Positions 13,201 to 25,341 of a stretch of DNA of 64,000 nucleotides are shown in pieces (position 1 is the stretch's first letter; each line of letters opens with the position of its first letter). A model generated the notes under the pieces. That model saw nothing but the letters and a program-made list of their open reading frames with translations. It was not told where the DNA came from and made no database searches. The translations under genes and the position numbers were made by a program. The stretch is from Protoeuglena noctilucae (lineage: Eukaryota): contig OY253673.1 of assembly GCA_958009085.1 (NCBI GenBank), forward strand, positions 1,426,001-1,490,000, in the 5' to 3' direction.

Positions 13201-13705
13201 TTCTAAGGCGGACCTCCTGAACGCCCTCAAGGGCGCGGGGCTTCCCTGCCACGTCTTGGGCGAGGTCGCGCTGACCTCCACGGTCGAGATCGGGACGGCC
13301 AGCGGGGACCGGGCCAGGATCGTCGCCACCGACGAGACCCTGTCCTTCGTCGAGTACCTCCCGGACAGGGGCACGCTGCAGACGGGCAGGGTCGTGTGCG
13401 GGGTTGAGGCGAAGACCAGCTCCGGTGCCGGGACCTTCCTCTGCGCCCTGGTGGCCCCGGTGCACAGGGCCCCATGCGACCTGAGGTACCTGTCCAACCA
13501 GTGCTTGTCGTTCTACACCAACCTGGGAGCGCTGCAGCCTCCCCAGCTGTCGCTCCTGGAGCCTGCGGAGGGCGAGGCTCTGAAGTGCGTGCCCCTCCGC
13601 AACCTTCGGCGGCAGCTTCACGCCGTGAAAGTTGCTGGGAAGCTTCTTCACTGCGGCCACGTGCAGCAGGTCTGGGAGCACCACGCCAGCGGCGGCGAGG
13701 AGTAG
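10202..13705 (+). CDS. Plavaka-type DDE transposase with N-terminal C2HC zinc finger
   Basis: Zn finger CDACGTQFDTPAKLARHQQRC. Motifs PVAYSIDGVEMT (D1), PVLAAQLNDMV...SCPLC (D2 plus CxxC), PDPMHTVELG, and KCHALSHF...G...NDAERMHK (E). Six inferred introns: 10916-11002, 11426-11507, 12084-12182, 12331-12436, 12589-12670, 12893-13039. Confidence 0.8.
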
Positions 13706-14247
13706 GTGACCCCAGGAGCTCCCCGATGCTCGCGGTGCCAGATCCCCGACGCCGGCGATGTCATCTGTATCGAGATAATTCTCCGAAGCCAGCCCCGCGC
13801 CCCCATCCGCAGCGCCATGACGGCGGGGACGGCTCACCTCCCATGCAGCAGCCACCTCCGTGCGGCGTAGCCGGCAAAGGCGCCGCAGCTAGCGAGATTT
13901 AGGTCACCTCAATCCATAGGCCAAGCGCTGCGTGCCCGATCGCGGCCGCGGCGGCGGTAGGCCTGGTCGAGCACGGGGACCTCCCCGGCGCCCCCGGGGG
14001 CCCGGCGAGCCCGCGAGCTCCCGCTCATCGCATAGATATGGACATCTCACGTTGAACAGCGGCGGCGCAGGGGAAGCGGACCCCGGATGCGTCGACGGCC
14101 CCCGTCTGCATGCTGGAGCAAGCTTTAGGACGCGAGAGGGGCCTCCGAGGCAGTCATTAGCACCAACTAGCAAATGTGCGGTCTCTCCGCCTCCTCTCGA
14201 GCCCCCTGAGCAAACGCGGGGGCGCGCACGCGCGTCAGGGCCGCGGC

Positions 14248-14402
14248 CCGGGATCGCTGGGATCACTGCGGCAGTGGCGGGGATCGCCGGGATCACGGGG
14301 ATGATCCCGGCGATTCCCGGGGATCACTGGGATGAATCCAGTGATTCCCGCGATCCTTCTGATCCGAGTGACGTCAAATCGCCGGGTTTTCCCGATGACG
14401 TG
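14248..14402 (-). repeat. Right subterminal GGGATC repeat array plus TIR
   Basis: Dense GGGATC(G/A)C / GATCCC / GATTCC units in inverted orientation to 8822-8940. Confidence 0.85.
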
Positions 14403-14602
14403 GCCAATGCATGAAACTAAGGGCAAATTCTGACTCTCAGGGGCCAGGGACGAGCTCCGAGCATCTGTGAAGGAGACACGGGCACCTGCGCACCGGGCTG
14501 CGCGTCTGGGCCGTCCCATCCGCTGGTGCAGCACGCGCGAGCGTAGTGGGGGCTGTTGAATGACGTCGCCTTCGGTGCCTGGCTACTACCGCGAGACCGA
14601 CA

Positions 14603-17600
14603 ATGTCGTCCGACGCGCTGCTTCTCCGCCCAGGTGAGCTGCCCCCGCGGTGTCCCGGCGCACAATGCACCATCGGTACGCAGCACGCAAACCACAGCAA
14701 TGCGTCGCGCACAGGGGCGATGCGGGACAGGAGGGGATGGCGAGGAGGAGCAGCAGGTCCAAAAGAGCCAGGTGTGTGTCGGGGTGTCCCGATGGTCGCG
14801 CTGGCTTCTTGCCCGTTCGCGCTGTGCGCGCTGAACACCGATTCGCGCCTGCGCAGGACCCCGGCTCCGGAATCCCGGCCCAAGAGGAGGAGGGACGTGG
14901 TAGAAGACGATTTGCTAGCCGTGGAGGCAGGGGAGACGCAGGGCGACGCCCCCGGGGCCTGTCGCATCCGCACCCGCCTTCGCAAAAGTGCGGAAGCGTG
15001 CGCCGGGGGGATGGCGCGCGCCGCTCTGGATGAAGCTGGAGACAAGCGGTTTGCGGACGTCCTGGCGTGGCTGAAGCGCACGTCCTCGCGCGCAGTCCCC
15101 TCAGAGGGCCGTGACCTGCATGCGGCAGAGTGGGCCTGCCCCCCGCCCCGCGCCCCGGTAGTCTGCGCGGGCCTCCTCTTCACCGGCCCAGGTAGGCGGC
15201 TGCTTCGCCGCTTACAGCATTTCTGGCTGCGCTCCTTGGCAGTTGCACCGACCCTCGCCTCCGTGCCTTGCTCGCAGTGCCTCTCTCACAGCACATGGAC
15301 ACCCTCCGAGCCCTGCAGTCCTACTTATCTTCCCAAGGGTTCTGCGCAGTCATCGTCAGGCGAGTTGTTTGCAAACACTTGCGCTCAGTGTGACCACACA
15401 CGTGGCATGGCGACTCTCCGTCCGCTCACTGGCACTGGCGCGTGGCCGCAGGAAGGAGGAGGTCTCCAGTCGCCCCGCCGTGGAAGTCCTCGACGACGTC
15501 TGGGCGCGGCTGGCAGAAGAAGAGGGCGCCGCAGGAGGGTCCAGGTGTGCAGGCTCGCAGGCCCCATCGCGGTCGACCATGCGCGGTGCCTGCCATGCTG
15601 GTGACTCCCTGACACCCCGCTTGCACCGGCTCGTTTGCAGAGGCACGCGTCCGGTGGTGATGGTGGACGACGCTGAGGGCTGCGACCCCGCGGCGCTGTC
15701 GGACCTGGGCAGGACGTGGGTGGAGGCACCGGGCGCCACGCGGCCGACGCTGCTGCTGGGGGCACGCACGTCCTCGCGCGCCCTCGCGCACGCCCTCGAC
15801 GACGACGTCAGGTGATTAGGACAGGGGCGGGTCCCGAGTGTGGGCGCGCTACGGACAAGTGCGCTAAGGCGCACGCCGGTTGCATGCCCAGTGTTATGCG
15901 TGCACCCGAGTCCTGCCTTCCAGGTCGGCGCTCTCGTTCACCGAGTTCGCCCTCGCGGCACCCGCACCCTCCCTGGCCGCCGTACTGCGCGGGGCGCTGC
16001 TCTCGGCCCACCCCCTCTTGCCCCTCCTCGACGGCCGCTGCCTCAGCGCAGCGCTCGAGGTCTGCCGGCAGCACGCCCTCGCGCCTGGCACTCTGGCGCG
16101 CGCCTGCCTGGAGGCTGCGGGGAAGCACGCCGTTGGGGGCCCCCTGGCGCCGCTGATGGCCGTGGGGTTGGACGGTGGGTGGGCGGAGGGGCTCATTGCC
16201 GTGGAATGCGAAAGAGATGGGGGGAAGGATGGAGCGGAGGGCCGAGAGGGTGGCAGTGGCGAGCCAGAGGGGGGCAGCAAGCCAGGCAAGGCCGTATCGC
16301 AGGCGGGGCTGTGTAGTGGCATCGGGATGAGCAGCCGGATATTCACTAGCAAGCAGCGCCCATCCCCGCAGGCCCTGGGAGCGGCGAGGCAGGGGCGGTC
16401 GGTCCGCGTCCGCTGCAGGCGGCGATGGCAGGCGTGGCCCAGAGCGCCCTGCTGCCCGCGCTGGGCCGGCGCGAGGAGCCGCGAGAGCTCGAGTCCGCCA
16501 CGGAGGCGATGCTGTCGCGGGGGCGGCGGGCGGTCGCGGGGTGGTGCCTGGCCCTGCGGTGGGCGCACGCGGCGGCGGAGGCGTTGTCGCCCGGGGAGGT
16601 GCGCAGGGAGCTGATGGGAGCAAAACGTAGCGTGGTGTTGTGCAACAATGACGTCATATTCTTGTTCCCGAGTGCCTCCAGGGCCCAGCGACACCCGTGG
16701 GATTCCTGGCAATGGTGGAAGGCGCGGCCCAGCCCGGCAACTGGGACGGCGTCCTCGCTGGGGTGCACGGCCTCAAGGGAGCGCTGGAGGCGGCGGAAGA
16801 TGCGGCGGCGCAGCGTGTGGCGGAGGCGTGGGTGCGAGAGGCGGGAAGGGTGCACGGCGCGACAGAGCTGTGGTGAGGGCCGGAATGCGAAGCCCCGCAC
16901 GCGAAGCCCAAGCCGCTTGCTCCTCTCGCTTCCGTCGTCCTCTTCTCCTCGCTCGCAGCCGGGACGTGGTGGCGCGCGCCGAGGCACTGGCCAGGGGCGA
17001 CCGAGCGGGGGCGGCTGCCGAGGCAGGGCCCTGCGACCCCTCACCCAAGCGCGGGGCCAAGGCGCCCCGCCGCCCGGCCAAGGGAACCGACAGGGACCGC
17101 GGTGCGCAGATGGTCATGCAGGCGAGTGACTGGACACTAGCAGCCTGACCCCCTGGCATGGCATTTGTGTACCTGGCACCGGGGGTCTCACGACGTGACC
17201 CCTCACGGACCGCCCCTCCCAGGTCGCTCCGAGTGCCCAGACCACGGCACCCCGTGCCCCCCCGCACCCCTCCACCCTGGGCGGCCTGGCCGCGTCGCTG
17301 CTCCTCGACACCGCCGTGGCCTTTCTCCAGACGCCCCCCCAGGCGCGGCCCGAATGGTGCGTCAGAGCTTGGGCGTGGTGTGGGCCAGCGATGCACGCTC
17401 GCTGCCCCGGCTGTCGATCCCCAAACTGCGCTGCGGCGGCATGCGAGTTGCCTCCGCCCTGACCCTGCCGCAGTGCCTTTGCGACGTTTGCGGACGCCGA
17501 CTGGTTCCTGCGCCGCCTGCTGTTCAGCGGCCTGGAGCCGGTGCTGGACGAACTGGAGAGGGCGGTGGGGGCGGGCCGCAGCCCAGGGGACGTGGGGCAG

Positions 17601-18126
17601 CTGGTGGGTGCAGGGGAGGGGCTGGTGGAGTGGGTGCAGGTTACTTGCGGTGTTGACAAAGGCGGATGAGAGAGCACTGGACGTGTCTACACCATCCCCT
17701 CGCATCGTCCGCAGTGGCGCGAGCTGGCAGGCGAACCCGCTGCGCTGTCCGTGGGGGCCAACCTCGCGGAGCTCTGGGTGCGGTTTGCGCGGGCGGGGGG
17801 GGCGACCGTCCGCGTGAGGGCGAATGAGGCGGCGGGGAGGGGCGCGAGGGGCAGGGGCAGGGGGCGAGGCGAGTGGCGACTGGCAGCAGCGCGAGCGCAT
17901 GGGCCACTCTGTTGCACCGAGCAACACCTCATGACTACTACCCAGCGCAGTTGCAGGCCATCCGTCCCGTTCTGCGGCGGCAGAGCCATGGGACGCCCGG
18001 ACGCGCGCGCTGGTGGCGCGGTTCCTGAAGGTGGTGGACTGGCTGGTGACCGCGGGGATCGCGCGGTTCAAGACCCGGCGGGGGGGCGAGTGCCTGGTGG
18101 CGGGGATGCGGCGGTGGGCTGAGTGA
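14603..18126 (+). CDS. ORC3: Origin recognition complex subunit 3
   Basis: ORC3 N-domain-like RPVVMVDDAEGCDPAALSDL...TLLLGARTSSRALAHAL...LLDGRCLSAALEVCRQH...LEAAGKH. C-terminal winged-helix-like GANLAELWVRF...ALVARFLKVVDWLVTAGIARFKTRR. Multi-exon, stop TGA at 18124-18126. Confidence 0.75.
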
Positions 18127-18265
18127 GCGGAGCGCTGCTGGGGCGCGTTGTCGTGAAAGGACCAGGCGATAGACGTTGAACAAAGTGCTAGATGCTGTTT
18201 GCGCTAACGAACAAGCGACACCGCAGCCCCACACTCGACTGCCACCCCGTGCATGCCTGCGCGCC

Positions 18266-20013
18266 TCAAATGGAGAGGGCGGATGCGGACGCGTCCCCTT
18301 CCCTCGGAAGCACCTTGCGTGCCCGCAGCAGCCCAATGGCCTCCTGCACCACGCGCAGTGGCTCGGCCTCGGAGGTGCTGCGGGGGCGGGAAGAGGCACG
18401 GCGGAGTCAGAAGCGGCGAGATGGAAGAGGTTAGGGCAGAGAGCAAGCAGCTTACGCGCGTGGCAGAGAGGCCGCGCCCTCACTTCTCGAAGACGGCGAG
18501 GGCGTCGTCGAGCTCCGTCGTCGCGTCGTCCCACCGCTGCAGGTACACGCAGCACAGCCCCAGCACGAAGTGCAGGTCCCCCGCGCGCGGGTGGTCCTCC
18601 CCCAGGAGCGTGCGGTGCGTGGCCTTGATGTCCTTGAGCATGTCCATGACCTCTAACAGCTGCAGGTCGTTGAGGGGCAGGGACTTGGGCGCGGCGGCCT
18701 TGGGCGCCAGGACGCTGTCGTGGCCGAGGACGACCGTGCGGAGGGTGTCGACCCAGATGGTCACGGCCTGGTCGTTGCAGGCCAGGCACCGCTCGCTCTC
18801 CCCCAGGGACTGGAAAACCTTGCCCAGGTTGTAGTAGCCCAGACTGGTGCGCACGTCGTTGGGGCCGAACTGCAGCGAGCAGTAGTACACGTCCTCGGCA
18901 AACGCCTCCAGGGCCTCCTCCAGCCGCGCCTCCAGCACGTACAGCTGCCCGTACAGGCGGCTCAGGTGCGAGTTCATCACGTGCGTCATGGACTGCGGGG
19001 GGAGGCGGGCACGCCACGCGCGTCGCGGGCGCCCCAGGCACCCAACCCAGAGCAGGGGAGCTGCCGGGTCTGTCGGGGGCATGTGGCATGCGCGACCCGT
19101 TCAGTGCGCCTACGCCTCTCGTGTCCTCGCCTGTGGCTCCTGGACGGCGAGGTGGGATGCGAGGGAGAGGAAGTCCTCGCACTGCCGGGCGCGCCGGAGC
19201 CCCAGGTTGGCCTGCGCCGCCAGGAGGTAGAGCGGGAACATCTCCACGGCCGGCTGCTGCACGAACAGCGCCTGGCCCTGCCGCACGGCGTCCAGCGCCA
19301 CGGGGAGCGCGGCCTCGTACTCCGCCAGGGCCATCAGCTTGGCCGCCTCCTGCGAGCCAAGGGGAAGGCAAGGCCACCATGGGTGCGTCGGGGGTGGGGT
19401 GGTCGCTTGCTCGCCCCGCCTGCCCCGCCTGCCCCGCCCGCCCCGCCGTGCCTGGGAAGTGAGCTTGAGCAGGGCTTGCTTGAAGGGCTCCACCAGCTCG
19501 ATCTTGCGGCGGTCCTGCAGAAGCTGCTGCACTGTGTCCGGGGGCAGCAGCGTCACGCCCGACAGGGTCCCCGCGCCCTCTGCGGGGAGTGCGAGTCCGT
19601 GCGAGTCCGTCGCCGGCACCGCGATGGCGAGGCCCGACCGCCCGGGTACGGCCAGCTGCGCCCCTCGCCTGCCACCAGCCCCAGCTCGGCGACGGTGCGA
19701 AGGACGGCGCGCTCCGTGCACAGGACCTTGTTGTAGCGCCCGCTGCGCAGCTCTTGCAGAAACACCATCGGGCTCGTGTCGAAAATGTTCTCCGACACCT
19801 GCGGGACCGATCGTGGCGCGAGGTCGGGGGCACGCATGTTATCAGCGATGCTGCTGCTCGGCGACCGAGCCCCTGCGCCCCGCGCAGCGCGGGTACCTCT
19901 GACATCGCAAACATCTTCCCCTCCTTCGTCTGCAGCTGGTGCAGGACGCGCGTGCCTAGGGCGAACGAGACGTACGGCGCGGACGCAGCCGTGCGCTGCA
20001 TGGTCCCCGCCAT
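18266..20013 (-). CDS. ZMYND12: ZMYND12/p38-like TPR protein (inner dynein arm-associated)
   Basis: EYEAALPVALDAVR...VEMFPLYLLAAQANLGLRRARQCEDFLSLA and SHLSRLYGQLY...EEALEAFAEDVYYCSLQFGPNDVRTSLGYYNLGKVF match ZMYND12-family TPR segments. The last exon is inferred. Confidence 0.75.
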
Positions 20014-20667
20014 GGCCGCGTCGCCCGCCCCGGCCCTCGCGCTAGAGGCTCCACCCTTCCACCAGCCGTCAAATTCTGGCAGTCACTTGTGCGTGGCACC
20101 GACCGGGCGTACCGCGCGCGATGGTCCCCTGCGCCTACCTGCAGGCGCTGGGACAGGCGCGAGGATGGTCAGGATACGCAAGCGACCCACGCCATGTTCT
20201 CCTCGCCGTACACTCGTGCACGCGTCGTCCACGCACGCCACCAAGCGTCGCCAGAGCCGTCAGGGGCTCTGTCCGGCATGTCTGGAGACTGTGCATCCCA
20301 CACACTTGGGAAGAGAGCACAAGCAATGCATGAGCAGACATGCCCTCAATCCACCGTCGTCAAGGTAGGCCCTGCAATGCCTGGTATGCGGGGCACAAAA
20401 GAAAAAAAAATTTGCTTGCACACCCACCTATCCTGTCCTGGAAGCACAGCGTCCCTTTGTCACACACGGCTTAGCAATAAATGCCCAGTCACGCATTCAA
20501 ACGGCCGTACAGCACTGAAGAACACAGCCATCTGGCGACTCCTGGCACGACGGCAAGGCCCTTGAAGCTCTTTGTTGGGCCCTGCATCTTGAGCGCCTCA
20601 AACCGAGGCGCATGAGCATGCCCAGAGCAATCCAGCCTTCCTCGTCGTGACGCGCGTAGCCCTCATC

Positions 20668-22017
20668 ATGGCGTGGGTTTTGCCGCCTTTCGCGCGGCCC
20701 CCAGGCCCACCGACTGCGACAGCGGAGGCATCCACAAGTTCGTCGATGCTAGCGGAGAGGAGGCGCGTGCGGAGGGACGCCCCGAATCCCCTGCGGGCCG
20801 CCACATTCGCAACCCTGGTATGATATCATGCAGCTTGCGCCGCCTCCCTCGCTTCCTGCCGTCGCGAACCCGACCCTCCGCAGTCGTCTCGTTCAGATGC
20901 CCAAGCCGCGTGCCAAGCTCTCTGAGCAGCGGGAGCTCCCTGCGGGATGGGAGCGTATCGCCGAGTCCGACGCACTTCGCGATGCCATGGCGTACAGGGA
21001 GTACCAGCGACTGCATGAAGACTACGTCGACAAGGTGAAAACGGATGCCGTCGAGTGGACGTGCTCGGCGCCACTGCAATCCGCTCTTCTGTCCACCGAC
21101 GACCGTCGGCGTTTGCGCAGGATGACGCGCCTGCGGACCGCCTGGTGTCGGCCATGCTGGTCCCTGAGGCGCTGCCGCCAACCATTGCACGCCCCAAGGA
21201 CTACGTGCACGGGGTGTCCAGCGCCCAGTCGGATATGGATGAGCGGGAGCAGGGGGAAGGGACCGGCAAGACTTCCGACGAGCGACAGGTGGAGAGGAGG
21301 CGGGCCATCGAGAGCGCCTTCCCCGGTGAGCGCTGTCCAGGCTCGGGATGGAACAGAGCAGAAGAGATGGGCCAGCGAGTGCAGCCACGTTCCCAGCTTC
21401 TTGGCTTGGGCGATACGGGCAACGTGCTTCTGGTGTTGCATCCCAGGGGCCACGTGGAAGGACTCGCTGCTCCGGTGGCTCTTACTGCGGTGGGGCAGCC
21501 TGGCAGACGCCGCCTCGGCTATGCGGATGCCCGTCCCGAGCGCCACGGTCATCCGCAAGCTGCCCTACCTGGCGCACAAGCAGAGGCGAGGCTTGCCGCT
21601 GTGATGCCCGCCGCGGTGCCCGCAGCCTGAAGCACGGAACGTTTCCGACGGCTGCGCTTGCCACTTGCCACCGCAGGCGCAAGATGATACAGGAGAGCAT
21701 TGAGATCGAGCGCTTGCGGATCGCCGAGGGGATGTACGCCAAAGGGGAGATGAAGAACGTGACACTGCACGCGCGCCCGTCGGGGAGGGAGCAGCGCCGG
21801 AAGTTCGCCATTCGACACACGCCCGGCTGCAGGTGCGCCTGGGACCATCGCACCACCTCTAACGGCCAGACGCCCGTCTGCACCTGAGCGGCCCCTGGTT
21901 TCCCCTGCAGGGACCTCGTCTTCATCAACGGTGCGTTGCTCGTCTTCCTTACCACTTTCCGCGTCTTCATCGAGACCTCCATCGCCCCCAGCGCCAGGGC
22001 GTCGATGTCGTTCTGAC
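20668..22017 (+). CDS. Hypothetical intron-containing protein
   Basis: Exon-like frames RELPAGWERIAESDALRDAMAYREYQRLHEDYVDK, RQVERRRAIESAFP and RRKMIQESIEIERLRIAEGMYAKGEMK, flanked by GT/AG sites. Family not recognised. Confidence 0.5.
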
Positions 22018-22299
22018 AGTCACCGTTGCCGTTTCATTTGCCCGCTGCCGCTCCGTCCTCTGTCACTCCCATTCCATTCGCATCTTCTGGTCCTCGCAGC
22101 CGCTTATAGATAGGTGTTCATCCAGCGCACGATAGGGGATAACTGGGGCTATTTCCGCGTCGGCGGTGCCTCCTGCGCTCCGTGCCTGCGCTTTGTGCCC
22201 CGCACGTCGGCCTTGCAACGCTGGCTCCCCGTTGAAGGCGCGGAGGCTTGGCGCGGGGGCGGGGTGGGCCCCCTGAGGGCGTCCGCTGGCTTGCACGTC

Positions 22300-25200
22300 A
22301 TGACCCACGCCCCGTTCGGGCGCGCGTCCGCCAACGCAAATGTAGTGGACGATGAGAAAGAATTCTCGCCCCTCTCGAACAAGCAGCCCACGGCGGAGGA
22401 GTTACAGCAGACGCAGGCGCTCAAGTGGGTACTGCGGGTTGGCGCGTGCAGCGGCGTGGAGGGCCAGCGGGATGGGACCCTCGCGCACCCGCCCTCGCAC
22501 TTGAGATGCCCATCTGCCTTGCCTGCCTGTCTCCCGCGATGCCGCGGGGGTCGGAGAGGCTGAGAAGCGCCGCAGGCACTTTGATCTCCGAACGATGGAC
22601 GCCCTCCCGACGTTGATTGTGGATGTGCAGGGTATATCTGGAAAGTTGTCGCCTGTACGAGGATCAGGCAATGCTGCAGCGGAGGGAGGAGGCGCTGGGG
22701 CGGCTCTTGGCTCTCGCGAATGAGGTGCGTACGCGATGACGCGGCGCGCGCCCTCTGTCGGCTCGACTGCGGTTCGGGGTTGGGCTCTTTGACAGCATTT
22801 GCTCACACGTGTCGCATGCAGTGGGTGAAGAGCGTCTCCCGCTCGCTGCTCTTTGACGACGCGATGGTGGAGGACCAGCGTGCCCTCATCTTCACCTTCG
22901 GATCCTATCGGCTCGGCGTGCACAATCCAGGAGGCGACATCGGTGAGCCAGGATCCATCGGGGTCGCGAGCGGCGCCATCCAGCACACAGCCGCGCGGAT
23001 CCACCGCCCTTGCCCGCCGTGCAGACGTGCTGTGCGTGGGGCCCAAGCACTGCTCCCGGGATGGCCACTTTTTCGGTGAAGGGGACGTCATATTCGAGAC
23101 GATGCTCCGCGCCCACCCGGACGTGTCGGAGGTCCACCCTGTGCCGGGGGCCTTCGTGCCCGTCATGAAGATCCGCCTCCATGGCATCGACATGGACATC
23201 CTCTATGCGTCTCTTCCCATGGTGGGTTCGCCCGCGCGGTGCCGCAAGTCTCGAGGTCCCCATCGCCGCCCCAGCCACGGTCCCACGCTGCCCCGGCCAC
23301 GTCGCTCGCCTCGTGCCATGCACCCACGCAGCCCGGCCTTGCCGAGCACTCATTCCATGCCGTCTCCGCCTTTCGAGCAGGGCCAGCTCCCCCCCGACCT
23401 GGACCTCCGCCAGGACTCGGTGCTGCGGGGCCTGGACGAGCGCACCGCCAACACCATCAACGGCTCGCGCGTCACCGACACGGTCCTCAGCCTGGTGCCC
23501 AACCCAGAGGCCTTCCACGTGGCGCTTAAGTTCGTCAAAAAGTGGGCTGAGAACCGAGGTGAGGCGGGCGGGGAGGCTCGCTGCCACCCACATATCAGCG
23601 CATGGAGCGGCGTCACATGGCGCCCCCCTTGGCCTTGGCCCCAGGCATCTACGCCAACAAGCTCGGTCTGCTGGGCGGCATCAACTTTGCTATCCTCGTG
23701 GCCAAGACGTGCCAGTGGTTTCCCACCGCCAGCGCGGCCAAGGTCGTGCGTATGTTCTTCCACATCCTGTCCGAGTGGAAGTGGCCCCGGCCCGTGCTGC
23801 TCACCCGGATCGACTACGCGAATTCCATGGGGCACAAGGTGACGGCCAGTCCACGCAGCTGCCCATGCATGCCTTGGCCCGGCCCCTGGCCCATCGATCG
23901 CGTCGCGTGTCCCTGCCGCGCAGGTCTGGGCGCCCACCAACCCCAATCCTTTCATGGACGTCATGCCCATCATCACGCCCGTCTACCCCGCCTTCAACTC
24001 CACCCACAACGTCTCCCTCGCCACCAAAGAGGTCCTCGTGCAAGAGTTCAAGCGGTGAGCCCCGCGGTCGAGCCGCCGCTGCAGCCGCCCGCTGCGGCCC
24101 GCCGACGCACGCAGCGCCGCCCCGCGCCCGTGCGCAGGGGCAGGGAGATCTGCGACCGCATCTTCGCCTCGCCGGAGCCGGATTTTGCGTCGCTCGCGGA
24201 GCTGTTCGACTTCTTCGCTGCGCACAAGAAGTTCCTGGCCATCGAGGTGCGTGGCCGCTGCGGGGTGCTCGCGATTCGCGAACTTGCAGACACCCTTGCT
24301 TCAGGCTAGACCAGCACGTGTCCACAGATCGCTGGGCGGGAGCTGGAGCACTTCAAGGCATGGCAGGGCTGGGTCATGGCCCGTCTGCGGCGTCTGGTGT
24401 CGGACATCCAGACTTACGTGTGCGTGCGGCCCTACCAGTCCTCCGTGTCGCCACCCAAGGTGCGGCGCCACCCGGGGTGGATGGCTCCCAGCACCCGCGT
24501 GTCGTGGGGGCAGCTAGCTGACTCAGCATAACCGATTCAGAAGCTATGGTCAGTGACGTCGGGAACCCCCTCGCCCCTCCCCAGGCCCACCAGGACCCCT
24601 CCATGCACCGCTGCTACCTCTTCCTCGGGCTGTCCAAGCGCAAGGGGCCCCTGCTCGAGAGCATGCAGCCGCCACCGAAGCAGATCAACCTCACGTTCCC
24701 GGCAGAGCAGTGGGCCGCCAAGGCGAGGCCTGCCGCACAGCCTGACCTGACCCTGTGCGCGCGGGGCCCCCACGCCATGGGATTGGCACGTCTGTGCCTG
24801 GGCATCCCCATGATGGAAATGCCTCATGAGCCCGCAGATTTACGAGGATTCGCGGGATTACCAGGCCAACCGCATCCGCGACGTGACCGTCACCGTGTCC
24901 CTGTGGGGCCAGGGCGACCTGCCCGCGTGGATTGGCCAGGGCAGCGACGAGCACGGGGCCAGGTGGGCGGGGTCGCCACGTAGCGCAACCCTTCCTACAC
25001 TTCACTGCGTCCGCTGGATGCCGAGCTCTGGCCGCGGCCCTGCCCGCAGCGGGGAGGATGGTGCCGAGACGCGCGTCCCCGCCCTGAGCGAGTCGCGGCT
25101 GCCGGAGGAGGAGGCGGGCGAGGGACAAGAGGCGCGGGAAGCATCCAAGGAGGGTGCCGGGGATGGCCCACGCGAGGCGGGCGGGGCGAAGAAGCGGGTG

Positions 25201-25341
25201 CGGGACGCGGAGGAGGACCCGGAGCCATCCGCCAAGCGTGGGGCACCGGCGGGAGCCGAGAAGGCGGATAATGGGGCAACGGGGCCGACGCCACAAGCTG
25301 CTCCAGCGTCTGGAGCGCTAGAGCCCAGCAAAGACAGCTGA
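22300..25341 (+). CDS. PAP: Canonical nuclear poly(A) polymerase, paralog 1
   Basis: [99 protein letters not shown]. Confidence 0.93.

Larger units (their letters stand above)
8822..14402 (+). mobile_element. DNA transposon, Plavaka-like (CMC/CACTA-related), with imperfect TIRs and subterminal repeats
   Basis: Left end CACCATCGGGAAAACCGCGAGTCTGGCGTCAGTCGGATCA versus reverse complement of right end CACGTCATCGGGAAAACCCGGCGATTTGACGTCACTCGGATCA. Encloses a DDE transposase gene. Confidence 0.8.

Noticed and set aside
12956..13855. 299-aa antisense ORF as a second transposon gene
   Set aside because: It overlaps the transposase last exon in antisense and has the composition of a GC-rich shadow ORF.
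17938..20013. 691-aa continuous minus-strand ORF
   Set aside because: It reads through introns in the wrong frame. The real product is the spliced ZMYND12-like protein.
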